Sequence record: MK373778.1
Source: Escherichia phage vB_EcoM_WFbE185
Reading direction: 5' to 3' (one strand)
DNA length: 64,000 nt
Below are positions 36,428 to 45,303 of the stretch, in pieces. Under the pieces are notes generated by a model, which ran no database searches, had not been told where the DNA came from, and was given only the letters and a program-made list of their open reading frames with translations. The translations under genes and the position numbers were made by a program. Numbering within the stretch: the stretch's first letter is position 1; the number at the start of each line of letters is the position of its first letter.

Positions 36428-36628
36428 TTATTCGTAGAAGTCGGTAACTGTCCATGCGGAATTGCGATTAGACATTATTTTATTATACTCATCTTTAAAA
36501 GCAGATTTGAGCATTTGTTCAGTGACAATATGTTCTTCACCTGAAAACGTATTGGTCAAAACATATTTTTTAATTTCAGGGACAACGAGAAGATGTTGTC
36601 CAGTTGAATACTCCATGTTGTTCTCCAT
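36428..36628 (-). CDS. hypothetical small protein (66 aa)
   Basis: ORF in operon context. Confidence 0.4.
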   Translation of the reverse strand: MENNMEYSTGQHLLVVPEIKKYVLTNTFSGEEHIVTEQMLKSAFKDEYNKIMSNRNSAWTVTDFYE

Positions 36629-36670
36629 TTAATTTGATGTGGTCATTATAACCACATCGTGTTAAAGCGT

Positions 36671-38359
36671 TTATGAAACAGTCATTACAGTAAATCGTCC
36701 AACTTTGCTCATTTGCAAATGTTGTCCATAACGTTGAGGGTCATGGTCCCTATGAGAAATAATGAACACGTTAGTATTTTGTAAACTTCCAAGAATGGTA
36801 TCTATAGCCTTAACAGCTTCAGAATCAACTGCCCCATCAAAAACCTCGTCAAGAATCAGAGTGTTGATTTTAACACCAGAGACCTTTTCAGCAATATCTC
36901 GCCATGTAAACAACAACGCGATATCAATGCGTGCTTTTTCACCTTGACTAAATGAAGCATAACTAAAATCTTCACGACCACGTGATTTTATAGATTCATT
37001 GAATTCTTCATCAATAGAAAACACGTAATCAGCTTCCATAATTTTAAGATAATGGTTAATCTGCTTGTTGAACAGAGGCACATATTTTTTAATGATAGCA
37101 CCTTTAATACCAGAATCTTTTAACATATCTGTGATAATACCACGATGGTATTTTTCAAGAACGATATCCGATTTTGTTTTAATGATTTTATCAAGTTCTT
37201 TTTGAAGCAAAGCTATCTCATCGGCATGGTCGATAAATTCTGCTGAGGCTTGCTCTATTGCAGCTTTAACTTTCTTAGCTTTATCAATAGTGGCAATCAT
37301 TGCTTGTTTCTTGGTACGAATATCAGATGCAAGGTCCTGCTTAGTCTTAACATTAGCTCTATATTCATCAACTAGGACACTCAGATTATCTCTGTGACAG
37401 GTAAGTTGCTCGAATGAGTGATTACATTCATGAAGCTTATCGGTAATCTTAGAGACAATAGGATCACCCTGGTGCAACTGTGATGCACAAGTAGGACATG
37501 TACCACCATCATGATACATCTTAATAACTTTGTTATATGAGTCAATTTTAGATTTAATCAAGAATGCTTCTTGTCCGATCTTGTTGAATGCCTCAGTAGG
37601 GTCTTCGTCCAGAACGATATTAAGTAGACGCTCGTTAGCTTCTTCAATTTCTGCTTTTAATGAACGAGCTTCTTTGGCTAGGTCGTCATACATATTCTGT
37701 AGACGAGCTACATTATCACCAGATAATTTCTTTTGACGTTCGATATTCTCGTTATAAATCTTAATTTGTTGGATAACACCATCTTTCTTGGCATCGAGAA
37801 CTTGTCCCTGAGAATTAAGTTCGCGAACTTGAGACTTATTGATTTTATCCATTTCAGCGAGTGTGCCAACTTCTAAAAGGTCTTCGACAAGTTTTCTACG
37901 AGCAGGGGTGCTAAGAGCCATGAAAGGGGTATACCCTGCCGTCCCAAGCACAACGATTTGTTTAAAAGACGCGTATGACATTCCGATGCTACGTTCAAAT
38001 TCTTCTTGGAAGTCACGACTGCTGGCAGATTCATCAAGACGAACACCGTCAACGGAGATTTCGAAAATATTGGGCTTTTGGCCACGTCTAATGAAGTATT
38101 TTTTATCATCGAATTCCATCCAAAGCTCAACTAAGAGCTCTTTCTTGTTCGTGCTATTAATGATTTGTCCTTTCTTAACATCACGAAATGGTTTGCCGAA
38201 AAGTCCAAAAGTGATGGCTTCTAACATCGTAGATTTACCGCCGCCATTTTTACCAGTGATTAATGTCTTTTGGACTTTATCTAATTGGATATCAATAGGA
38301 TTCCCACCTACCGACATGATGTTTTGATAACGAACACGATTTAATTTAAATGATTTCAT
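36671..38359 (-). CDS. 46: recombination endonuclease subunit gp46 (Rad50/SbcC-like ATPase)
   Basis: 562 aa; Walker A TGKNGGGKST; N-terminus matches T4 gp46. Confidence 0.9.
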   Translation of the reverse strand: MKSFKLNRVRYQNIMSVGGNPIDIQLDKVQKTLITGKNGGGKSTMLEAITFGLFGKPFRDVKKGQIINSTNKKELLVELWMEFDDKKYFIRRGQKPNIFEISVDGVRLDESASSRDFQEEFERSIGMSYASFKQIVVLGTAGYTPFMALSTPARRKLVEDLLEVGTLAEMDKINKSQVRELNSQGQVLDAKKDGVIQQIKIYNENIERQKKLSGDNVARLQNMYDDLAKEARSLKAEIEEANERLLNIVLDEDPTEAFNKIGQEAFLIKSKIDSYNKVIKMYHDGGTCPTCASQLHQGDPIVSKITDKLHECNHSFEQLTCHRDNLSVLVDEYRANVKTKQDLASDIRTKKQAMIATIDKAKKVKAAIEQASAEFIDHADEIALLQKELDKIIKTKSDIVLEKYHRGIITDMLKDSGIKGAIIKKYVPLFNKQINHYLKIMEADYVFSIDEEFNESIKSRGREDFSYASFSQGEKARIDIALLFTWRDIAEKVSGVKINTLILDEVFDGAVDSEAVKAIDTILGSLQNTNVFIISHRDHDPQRYGQHLQMSKVGRFTVMTVS

Positions 38360-38610
38360 ATGTATTCTCTTCGAATGAAGTCCTCTACATATTTTAACAT
38401 GTCATCTCTATCAGCAAAATATTCATCTAGTTCTGCATACATAACAACACCTGGTGCATACTCACAGGTAACATACATTGTTCCAAAGAAACGAGGAGTT
38501 GATTCCTCGTAATTCTCAGTCCATTCAACGATGCCAATATAACCGTCACCAATACTAAATTCATGGCGATGGATTTCATAATCAGTCTTCGTCATTATAC
38601 GCATCCTCAA
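38356..38610 (-). CDS. hypothetical protein (84 aa)
   Basis: ORF with 4-nt overlap to gene 46. Confidence 0.45.
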   Translation of the reverse strand: MRMRIMTKTDYEIHRHEFSIGDGYIGIVEWTENYEESTPRFFGTMYVTCEYAPGVVMYAELDEYFADRDDMLKYVEDFIRREYI

Positions 38611-38839
38611 TACACGCTTCAGCCATTTTAAGAATAGAGCCAGGAGTATCGTTGTCCATTATATTAAAGCTAAATTCAATAGCCCAGTCGGTGCAGACAT
38701 GAACTGCTTTAACTTCATTGCCTTCAACGTGTAATGGCTCAATCCAATACTTGATAGTGTTCTCGAATCCATCATCATCTTTAATGTCTATTTCAACTTC
38801 AAGCCCGAGCCCAGCATTGTTAAATTCATCTAAAGTCAT
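38582..38839 (-). CDS. hypothetical acidic protein (85 aa)
   Basis: ORF in operon context. Confidence 0.45.
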   Translation of the reverse strand: MTLDEFNNAGLGLEVEIDIKDDDGFENTIKYWIEPLHVEGNEVKAVHVCTDWAIEFSFNIMDNDTPGSILKMAEACIEDAYNDED

Positions 38840-39855
38840 TGTGTTGCCTCAATATAAAGTTCGTTGGAATATTTGACCAGTGCTTCTCTGTCTTCGTCTG
38901 AGATATCTGGAATCGCGTCAATATATTCTTTAATGATATCTTGAAGTGATTTAATCTCGATTTCCTGGTCGTCATCAGATTCAACATTGTTATCAACTTT
39001 AGAAACCATACGAAGAGAGTGAACTACTTTTTCAAGTTCAGATTCAAACTTAGTCAACTCTGAATCAATTTCTGATACTATAACACGTACGGCTAGATTA
39101 GTATAATCAGAATAATTGATTTTGCCTTTAAACGGATAAGTGATTCGTCGATGCCATGTTGTTTCATTAGGAATAAATTCCATACGTTCAACATCAGTAT
39201 CAAATACCCAGAATCCGCGCGGGTCGTTCTCATCGCCTGCAGTAAGGGTCCATGGTGTCCCAATATATTTGACGTTAGCAGCTTCAGAGATTGTGTGGAA
39301 GTGGCCAGACCAGACTTGTTTATAGGTCTTTAAGAAATCAGGTTCAAGCCCATGAGACTTCATTCCTTTATAGAAATAAAAGCCATTCAGTTCCCAGTGC
39401 CCAACACAATACGCTGCGGAAGAAGTCTTGATGTGCTCTAAGATTTCACCTGTATTTTCTTCACACATCCATGGAACGATATCAATCAGACATCCGTCAA
39501 AATCTACAGTAGTCGGATGCTCGTAAATAGTAAAGTTTTCAAATTGAGTTAACAATTCAGAAACAGTGTTAGGTGTTATTGTATTCTTAAACGCCATGTC
39601 ATGGTTTCCTATCGTGACATGAACGTGAATGCCTGCTTTAGAAATCATATCAACGATTTCACGATTGAATTCCATTGTACGATGTGTTATTGCTTTACGG
39701 ACGTCAAACCAATCACCGTACTGAATCCAAGTTTTAATCCCGTGTTTCTTAGAGTATTCAATTGCTTGTTGAATACCATCACGTTGAATATCTTGAACCC
39801 ATGGGTCGTCTTGTTTGACTCCGATATGGAAGTCGCCTAAGTGCAAAATTTTCAT
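38836..39855 (-). CDS. 47: recombination endonuclease subunit gp47 (Mre11/SbcD-like)
   Basis: 339 aa; phosphoesterase motifs MKILHLGDFHIG, GDWFD, GNHD, GHWE; same length as T4 gp47. Confidence 0.9.
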   Translation of the reverse strand: MKILHLGDFHIGVKQDDPWVQDIQRDGIQQAIEYSKKHGIKTWIQYGDWFDVRKAITHRTMEFNREIVDMISKAGIHVHVTIGNHDMAFKNTITPNTVSELLTQFENFTIYEHPTTVDFDGCLIDIVPWMCEENTGEILEHIKTSSAAYCVGHWELNGFYFYKGMKSHGLEPDFLKTYKQVWSGHFHTISEAANVKYIGTPWTLTAGDENDPRGFWVFDTDVERMEFIPNETTWHRRITYPFKGKINYSDYTNLAVRVIVSEIDSELTKFESELEKVVHSLRMVSKVDNNVESDDDQEIEIKSLQDIIKEYIDAIPDISDEDREALVKYSNELYIEATQ

Positions 39856-39878
39856 ATTATTTCCTCATTAGTTAATTC

Positions 39879-39902
39879 ATTCTATCATCCGTTTATAAAG
39901 CA
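39879..39902 (-). promoter_or_regulatory. MotA-dependent middle-promoter-like element for gene 47 (TGCTTTA, 11 bp, TAGAAT)
   Basis: TTTTTGCTTTA...CGGATGATAGAAT; the CGGATGATAGAAT block is identical to the gene 39 upstream element. Confidence 0.5.
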
Positions 39903-39926
39903 AAAAAGGAACTCCGAAGAGTTCCT
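39902..39926 (-). terminator. intrinsic terminator (AGGAACUC-UUCG-GAGUUCCU + U6)
   Basis: Perfect 8-bp stem with UUCG loop and U-tract; the U-tract merges into the MotA box. Confidence 0.65.
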
Positions 39927-40098
39927 ATCCACATAGTACACCGTACAGAGGCTCATTTGAACTTTTAAATCGAATGGGCTTGTACGTAATAGTTCCTTCG
40001 GCTTTAGCTTTATCATAAGACTCTTTAAAACGTCTCATTCTTTCTGCTTTGCCTTTACGGATTTTATCGAAATTTTCAGAAGTCGGGATGTTCGTCAT
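39925..40098 (-). CDS. small basic protein (57 aa), not in ORF track
   Basis: MTNIPTSENFDKIRKGKAERMRRFKESYDKAK...; stop overlaps the terminator stem. Confidence 0.35.
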   Translation of the reverse strand: MTNIPTSENFDKIRKGKAERMRRFKESYDKAKAEGTITYKPIRFKSSNEPLYGVLCG

Positions 40099-40137
40099 GC
40101 ATAAGCACCTCTCAGAAAATACCTAAATCGATTTCTC

Positions 40138-40359
40138 TTATCGTTTCCACCATTTCTTAACTTGAAATGAATCGACCCACACGAGTTGTTTTGGGTCTGC
40201 CTTTACAATAGGCGGACAAATTTCTGTAATAGAACCGTCGTGATATTCCTTTTCAGAAATTTTAACACAAAGAGGACCTCCCAATTTAAGGGTGAACCCT
40301 GCGTTCAGCTTTAGACGTTTAAACTTTGTTTGAACTAGCGCCATTAATGATGTCCTCAA
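40138..40359 (-). CDS. hypothetical protein (73 aa)
   Basis: ORF. Confidence 0.4.
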   Translation of the reverse strand: MRTSLMALVQTKFKRLKLNAGFTLKLGGPLCVKISEKEYHDGSITEICPPIVKADPKQLVWVDSFQVKKWWKR

Positions 40360-40642
40360 TAGCCTGACGAGTAGTAACCCACTGGATTTTAATTAACTTG
40401 TCATTGTATGGTTGTCGTAGAATATCCCGAGATTTCTTAATAGCATATTCGTAAGCTTCGAAGTTGTTTTGAATTGCTGCTTCTTGAGCATGAGCATAAA
40501 GACGGTTTAGTTCAAAACGATTCTTTTTAAGAATCTTTTCGGATTTTTTACGTGCTTCAGCTTCATTTTTCTTTTGGATTTCTTGTAGCATTTTAGCTAC
40601 TGCATCTTCTGCTTCTTTATTTTCAATAATCTCGGTAGTCAT
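40319..40642 (-). CDS. hypothetical protein (107 aa, coiled-coil-like)
   Basis: ORF. Confidence 0.45.
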   Translation of the reverse strand: MTTEIIENKEAEDAVAKMLQEIQKKNEAEARKKSEKILKKNRFELNRLYAHAQEAAIQNNFEAYEYAIKKSRDILRQPYNDKLIKIQWVTTRQAIEDIINGASSNKV

Positions 40643-40643
40643 A

Positions 40644-40859
40644 TTATCTCATTAAATTAAAATAAAAACGTCCATCCTCTTCAATACAGAACTCATATTC
40701 AACTGGAGTCCCGTTTATCGAAAATGACACGTCATGTGGGTTCAAAGGGTCGATGTCAAAATTAATTTTAAATTCACGACCCAACAGTTTTACCAAATAA
40801 GGGATTGCTTCGTCAAAAGGTTCTTCTAAGTAGTTAGAGATGTCAATTGTCATCCTCAT
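40644..40859 (-). CDS. hypothetical protein (start uncertain)
   Basis: Track ORF overlaps the gene 55 3' end; an internal Met was chosen; no good SD. Confidence 0.3.
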   Translation of the reverse strand: MRMTIDISNYLEEPFDEAIPYLVKLLGREFKINFDIDPLNPHDVSFSINGTPVEYEFCIEEDGRFYFNLMR

Positions 40860-41400
40860 ATAAAAAATCCAAACTAGGCGAATCGCTAACAACTTCCTTC
40901 TTTTCAGCCCCAGGAGCTTTATAAGCGGATTCTTCATAATGCGTCATTTTATCGTAGATGTCTTGAATAAATGTTTCATCTACCAACGCTACCATATCAT
41001 CGTCATGACTGTCGTAGACATTATGAACGAAGTAACTATATTTCTTTGCAACTTCCTTACGTTCTTTTTTGATACGTTGGACAAAAGCATTAAAACAAGC
41101 TCGAGTTATGTATGCATGTGGGTTATTGTACTTAGTTTCGTCGAAATTATGAAGTCCCTTAATAGAGGCTTCAATCCCATCTGCAATCATCTCCTGCTTC
41201 CAAGACTGGGTATATCCTGAAAAGTTGAAACGTTTGGACAGGCCTTCGGCGATAAGCATAATTGCTAAACCGATGGTATCATTCTGACGAATAATTTTGT
41301 TTGGGTCTTTATTATTTAAGAGCTCCTTTTTCCACTCGATTATAGCGGCGAGAAGCTCTTTATTATTCACATAGTTATTTTTAGGTTTTTGTTCAGTCAT
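40843..41400 (-). CDS. 55: late-transcription sigma factor gp55
   Basis: [16 protein letters not shown]...[41 protein letters not shown] nearly identical to T4 gp55; start set at ATG Met7 with AAGAGGT SD. Confidence 0.9.
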   Translation of the reverse strand: MTEQKPKNNYVNNKELLAAIIEWKKELLNNKDPNKIIRQNDTIGLAIMLIAEGLSKRFNFSGYTQSWKQEMIADGIEASIKGLHNFDETKYNNPHAYITRACFNAFVQRIKKERKEVAKKYSYFVHNVYDSHDDDMVALVDETFIQDIYDKMTHYEESAYKAPGAEKKEVVSDSPSLDFLYEDDN

Positions 41401-41419
41401 AAGTACCTCTTGGCTCAAT

Positions 41420-41458
41420 TCATAGGTCTATTATATCATAATATTTAGAGACCTATCT
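41420..41458. promoter_or_regulatory. about 35-bp imperfect palindrome (ATAGGTCT...AGACCTAT) containing extended -10 TGa-TATAAT upstream of gene 55
   Basis: 8-bp inverted arms around an AT-rich core; the minus-strand TATAAT lies inside. Confidence 0.4.
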
Positions 41459-41472
41459 TAAAGCACGAGATA

Positions 41473-41742
41473 CTATCGGAGCAAACAATAAGCCTGAAAC
41501 ACTTTTTCCATTAAACGTTTGAACTCATGGATATCGATATAAAGCTCAGTAAGACCGGCATTATAAAGAAAATCTAAAAAGTTCTCATGTGTTTCGTTAT
41601 AGTCGCCTTCGTTTAATTGAGATACATGAGTTTCCCAAAAACCAACACCTTTAACGAATGGAAAATACGTGACTTTCATGTATTCGTCAACATAAAATTC
41701 GCCCAGCTTTTCTTCAGTTATACTGATTCGAGTTAATTTCAT
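41473..41742 (-). CDS. hypothetical protein (89 aa)
   Basis: ORF. Confidence 0.45.
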   Translation of the reverse strand: MKLTRISITEEKLGEFYVDEYMKVTYFPFVKGVGFWETHVSQLNEGDYNETHENFLDFLYNAGLTELYIDIHEFKRLMEKVFQAYCLLR

Positions 41743-41966
41743 TCTAGTTCCTTTGCTGCTTCAAGAGCAGCATCCAGCGAATCAAATTGGTCAACGAAAT
41801 CAATATTCAACGCATCGTCAACCGTAGCATATAACCACCATTGTTTGAATTCGTATTCTAGAATAAATCCAGGACCTTCAATCTGAGGAAGACCTAGACT
41901 ATTTGTACCAACTTCGTAACCAGCTAGACGCAGGTCATTAATCAAAGTTTCTGTTAATACGCTCAT
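41739..41966 (-). CDS. hypothetical acidic protein (75 aa)
   Basis: ORF with 4-nt overlap. Confidence 0.45.
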   Translation of the reverse strand: MSVLTETLINDLRLAGYEVGTNSLGLPQIEGPGFILEYEFKQWWLYATVDDALNIDFVDQFDSLDAALEAAKELE

Positions 41967-42343
41967 TTTACCGCCTTAACAATTTTAAGGTCAACGAATT
42001 TTTTCTTACGTTGATTTTTCATACGACGGATAGTCTTTTCAGAGATTTCATGTTTCTGATAAGCTTTAGATTCAACACCAAATGCAGCAACGTCAAATTC
42101 AGAAAGAATATATTGTACTAGAATTTCGCGAATAGAATTACGTCCAATTTTCTGGTCGTGTTTTTGCATGATTTCATAAAGACGGAATTCCCACGCGTCA
42201 AGAACTTGAGGAGTAACAATATTGCCGGATTCCAGAAGAGCAACAACTTTATCGAAAGCGAAAGAATTAACTACGTTTTTGATTTTAGTAGACATATTAT
42301 TTTCCTCGGTTATTTTATTATCCAACGAGAGAATTATACTCAT
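41963..42343 (-). CDS. hypothetical protein (126 aa)
   Basis: ORF. Confidence 0.45.
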   Translation of the reverse strand: MSIILSLDNKITEENNMSTKIKNVVNSFAFDKVVALLESGNIVTPQVLDAWEFRLYEIMQKHDQKIGRNSIREILVQYILSEFDVAAFGVESKAYQKHEISEKTIRRMKNQRKKKFVDLKIVKAVK

Positions 42344-42361
42344 CTCTCAAGAGTTTGTATA

Positions 42362-42601
42362 CTATTTTTTAAGCATGAAAAGTAAGTAATTTGTATCACG
42401 TGGAGTAATATCAACACCCATATCAAAGATGCCTTTATAGATTGGGTATTTGTTTTCGGTTGTATCGAAGCTGAAACTATTTCCATCACAACTAACAGTA
42501 ATAGCATCTGTTAAAATGTCATACTCAATCCTAACAATTGAATCCCCAATTTTAACGTCGAGGTGTTTTTTGAATTTGATAAAATCTAATTCTTGGGCCA
42601 T
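42362..42601 (-). CDS. hypothetical protein (79 aa)
   Basis: ORF downstream of the 12-bp inverted-repeat promoter at 42612-42655. Confidence 0.45.
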   Translation of the reverse strand: MAQELDFIKFKKHLDVKIGDSIVRIEYDILTDAITVSCDGNSFSFDTTENKYPIYKGIFDMGVDITPRDTNYLLFMLKK

Positions 42602-42611
42602 GATATTTTCC

Positions 42612-42655
42612 TCATTTTAAGACGATAGGAAGATAATAACATGTCTTCCTATCGT
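42612..42655 (-). promoter_or_regulatory. early-type promoter (-35 TGTACA, -10 TATTAT) flanked by 12-bp perfect inverted repeat ACGATAGGAAGA / TCTTCCTATCGT
   Basis: Inverted repeat arms sit in the spacer and just downstream of -10; coordinates approximate. Confidence 0.45.
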
Positions 42656-42664
42656 TGTACATTA

Positions 42665-42865
42665 TTAACCGAACTTTTTAGCGCCTTTCCAGCCTTCGTA
42701 CATAACTGCACAAGTCAGTAGTACAGCGTGCTGGCATTCTTTGTATTTGTAAATCCAGAACCAGCGTAAGAAGTCTTCATCCTCAACGCCGTTGAGTTTC
42801 ATATTGGCAAAGAATTCGGCACGTTCTTCACGAAGCTTTTGCGATAACATAGATTCAGGATTCAT
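42665..42865 (-). CDS. hypothetical protein (66 aa)
   Basis: ORF. Confidence 0.4.
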   Translation of the reverse strand: MNPESMLSQKLREERAEFFANMKLNGVEDEDFLRWFWIYKYKECQHAVLLTCAVMYEGWKGAKKFG

Positions 42866-42996
42866 TTTGTGTTCCAGGCCCCATTTTCATCGATGAACTT
42901 AATCCAGTCATTTACAGACCATTTAGTTGTATCACCCTTTGGATTAACATTTAAAGTATATAATCCCTGCTTAAAAAGCATTCGTTTGATATTCAT
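42862..42996 (-). CDS. hypothetical small protein (start moved to internal Met)
   Basis: Moved start removes overlap with the upstream gene. Confidence 0.3.
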   Translation of the reverse strand: MNIKRMLFKQGLYTLNVNPKGDTTKWSVNDWIKFIDENGAWNTK

Positions 42997-43003
42997 AATT
43001 TCC

Positions 43004-43297
43004 TCAACTGTAACGATAACATTCGTTAGCTTTACGTTTGGCTTCAGTATGAGAAGTATTATAATCATACTCTTCTTTACTGTAAACATCTTTTTTCAAC
43101 TTACGAACTTCTTTGCGGAGTTGTCGATTCATTTCGTTCTTGACTTCAGAATCAACGCCTTTCATACGTTTCCATTTATCTGAGCGGAAGATGTTTTCAA
43201 CCATGTCTTTGTGGCTAACACCGTCAGGAGCTTTACGCTTACCAAAATAGTCGTAATCGCGAACTTTCAAATCTTTACGACGATATGTTTTACCCAT
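43004..43297 (-). CDS. hypothetical basic protein (start moved)
   Basis: Lys/Arg-rich ORF. Confidence 0.35.
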   Translation of the reverse strand: MGKTYRRKDLKVRDYDYFGKRKAPDGVSHKDMVENIFRSDKWKRMKGVDSEVKNEMNRQLRKEVRKLKKDVYSKEEYDYNTSHTEAKRKANECYRYS

Positions 43298-43304
43298 AAG
43301 TACC

Positions 43305-43553
43305 TCAGAGGTTGATTGATACAATGCGTTTGATAAAATTCACTTCACTTACTGAAAGGTCTTTAAGACCGATTGATTCTAAACGCTGAGTAAGCGTCAA
43401 CATCGGGATATAATCCCAATGAGTTTTATTTGCTTGATAAGTACGAACGCCATTAGCAATTTCAACATACAAATCGGAAATGGTAACGAATACCGGTCGC
43501 TCGTCATTAACTTTAAGGGTTAGAACAACTTTCTTTGAATCTAAACTAATCAT
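43305..43553 (-). CDS. hypothetical protein (82 aa)
   Basis: ORF. Confidence 0.45.
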   Translation of the reverse strand: MISLDSKKVVLTLKVNDERPVFVTISDLYVEIANGVRTYQANKTHWDYIPMLTLTQRLESIGLKDLSVSEVNFIKRIVSINL

Positions 43554-43732
43554 GGCTTAATTTCCTTCGCAATTGAACAGAAGATACCACGGTCACAAAG
43601 CATTTCACCAATTTCTGGATATTTGATTGAACGGTACCAAACATCCAGGCTTGAAACTCTGGTTATCTGTACGGCATTACCATTGACAGAATAGTACTGG
43701 TCAACCTTAATTTCTTTATCTTCAATTGTCAT
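43550..43732 (-). CDS. hypothetical protein (start moved to internal Met)
   Basis: The track start is TTG and the longer ORF contains promoter 43761-43790; internal ATG has GAGG SD. Confidence 0.4.
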   Translation of the reverse strand: MTIEDKEIKVDQYYSVNGNAVQITRVSSLDVWYRSIKYPEIGEMLCDRGIFCSIAKEIKP

Positions 43733-43760
43733 TTTATTTTCCTCTATAGTAGATGGTTTA

Positions 43761-43790
43761 ATCTTAACACATCTATTGAGGATGTAAACT
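43761..43790 (-). promoter_or_regulatory. early-type promoter (-35 GTTTAC, TGt-TAAGAT)
   Basis: Consensus family; imperfect inverted repeat around it; coordinates approximate. Confidence 0.4.
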
Positions 43791-43897
43791 GTTTTATGAA
43801 AATATTTTTGATTTGAGAGGGGCACAAGGAGATAGTGAAGTGAAGATTCCAATGGATTATATTAGAAATGAGATAAAGAAGACCAGGCGGCCCCTGG

Positions 43898-44221
43898 TCA
43901 ATCTTCTATGATATCAGAGTCGTATCCTAATGAAATCAAGGACTTTTTAAACTCTGCAATATTCTTTTGTTTCTTATCATTTAAAAATATGACAGGATAA
44001 CGAATATTAAGTGAAGTGAATCCTGCACGTTTAGCAAGAGATACGATTAAAGGACGGTCATATTCAATCTTACCATTATTAGTGAGGACTTTATAAAATG
44101 TATAAGGAGCATTGAGCTCCTTTAAAAGTTTTGTAACAGTATAACATCCTGGACAACGTCCAACTTCTTCAGGGATGCCATAAATTTCAATCTTGTTCTT
44201 TAAGTTCGAGTTTTGTTCCAC
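43898..44221 (-). CDS. glutaredoxin-like protein (NrdH-like), start uncertain
   Basis: CPGC redox motif in IEIYGIPEEVGRCPGCY; the N-terminal part of the track ORF overlaps the upstream gene, so a later start is likely. Confidence 0.5.
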   Translation of the reverse strand: MEQNSNLKNKIEIYGIPEEVGRCPGCYTVTKLLKELNAPYTFYKVLTNNGKIEYDRPLIVSLAKRAGFTSLNIRYPVIFLNDKKQKNIAEFKKSLISLGYDSDIIED

Positions 44222-44504
44222 GAGAAATAATTCCTTGGTAAGCCCAATAAGGAGGATTAACAGAATCCTCACCAGAGTTTTCTTCAGGAAAATAAACCTG
44301 GATAACGAAGCCGGATTCATCAAAGGTAAAATAAACCGTAGGCAGTTCACCTAACAAATCGGTACGAGCGTTGATTTCTTCGAGGTCTTGTTCACGTCCG
44401 GCCCAGAAGCTTGGGTTCAGACTACATTCATAGAAATAATAGTCATTACCGAACATATCAAAACCATTCCAACTCTCTACTACATACAGCTCAAAACTAA
44501 TCAT
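44187..44504 (-). CDS. hypothetical acidic protein (105 aa)
   Basis: ORF. Confidence 0.45.
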   Translation of the reverse strand: MISFELYVVESWNGFDMFGNDYYFYECSLNPSFWAGREQDLEEINARTDLLGELPTVYFTFDESGFVIQVYFPEENSGEDSVNPPYWAYQGIISRGTKLELKEQD

Positions 44505-44506
44505 AA

Positions 44507-44722
44507 TTAAGCCTTTTTATCAAGAACAGAATTCAGTTTATTAGTAATTTTGTCCAAACGTTCATTGAATTCGCTGGAGGATAAACCCTTTTCTGGAGAA
44601 ATTAAACTAATCACGAAAAATACACCAGTAAAAGGAATAAGAAAAATAGCTCCAACTGCCATAAACAAAAAGAACGTTACAGTTGTAAGAAAATCAGCTA
44701 AACCTTTACGAAATTTGTACAT
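44507..44722 (-). CDS. small membrane protein (71 aa)
   Basis: One hydrophobic segment FFLFMAVGAIFLIPFTGVFFVISLI. Confidence 0.45.
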   Translation of the reverse strand: MYKFRKGLADFLTTVTFFLFMAVGAIFLIPFTGVFFVISLISPEKGLSSSEFNERLDKITNKLNSVLDKKA

Positions 44723-44832
44723 ATTTACCCTTAATTAACTAAGCATTGATAATCATTAAACTATATTGCGAATAAAATTCTGGACCAAAACGAAAAATCA
44801 TATCATTTATAGTATCCATAATGTAATTCAAT

Positions 44833-45303
44833 TTAATCATGTTTCCACACCCCATCGGTATTTGACCAAAGTCGCTGATTATCTGATCCTCGCCACAGCT
44901 TTTTAGTCGGAAGATTTTTCTCATACTTCCCATCAATAATAACATCAACATATTTAAGCATTTCTAGTTGTTTAATATCTTCAAACTTATATCCTGTCCA
45001 CAACCAAATGCTTTTATTGGGATAAAGATTTTTTACTGTTTGAGCAATGCAATGAATAACATCTCGGTTATCAGGATAGAGAGGGTCACCTCCGGTTATA
45101 GTTAATCCTTCTATATAATCATTATTCAAACATTCAATTAATTGTTCTAGTGTTTCACCAGTGAATGGAACACCATTTCTAGCATTCCATGTTGATTTAT
45201 TATAACACCCTTCGCATTTATGCAAACAACCCGTAACGAAAAGAACGACCCTGCATCCGGGGCCATTCACAAAATCGCAAGGATAAAATCTATCATAATT
45301 CAT
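44833..45303 (-). CDS. nrdG: anaerobic ribonucleotide reductase activating protein NrdG (radical SAM)
   Basis: 156 aa; CLHKCEGCYN (CxxxCxxC); directly downstream of nrdD. Confidence 0.85.
   Translation of the reverse strand: MNYDRFYPCDFVNGPGCRVVLFVTGCLHKCEGCYNKSTWNARNGVPFTGETLEQLIECLNNDYIEGLTITGGDPLYPDNRDVIHCIAQTVKNLYPNKSIWLWTGYKFEDIKQLEMLKYVDVIIDGKYEKNLPTKKLWRGSDNQRLWSNTDGVWKHD

Noticed and set aside
36629-36670. Hairpin GATGTGGT-(loop with TATAAT)-ACCACATC between gene 46 and the next small gene
   Set aside because: No U-tract and no matching -35; could be an RNA stability element but evidence insufficient for a feature call
44739-44951. ORF 44739-44951 overlapping the nrdG 3' end
   Set aside because: Most of it overlaps nrdG in another frame; only a short 33-aa tail ORF (44739-44837) could be real, and evidence is weak
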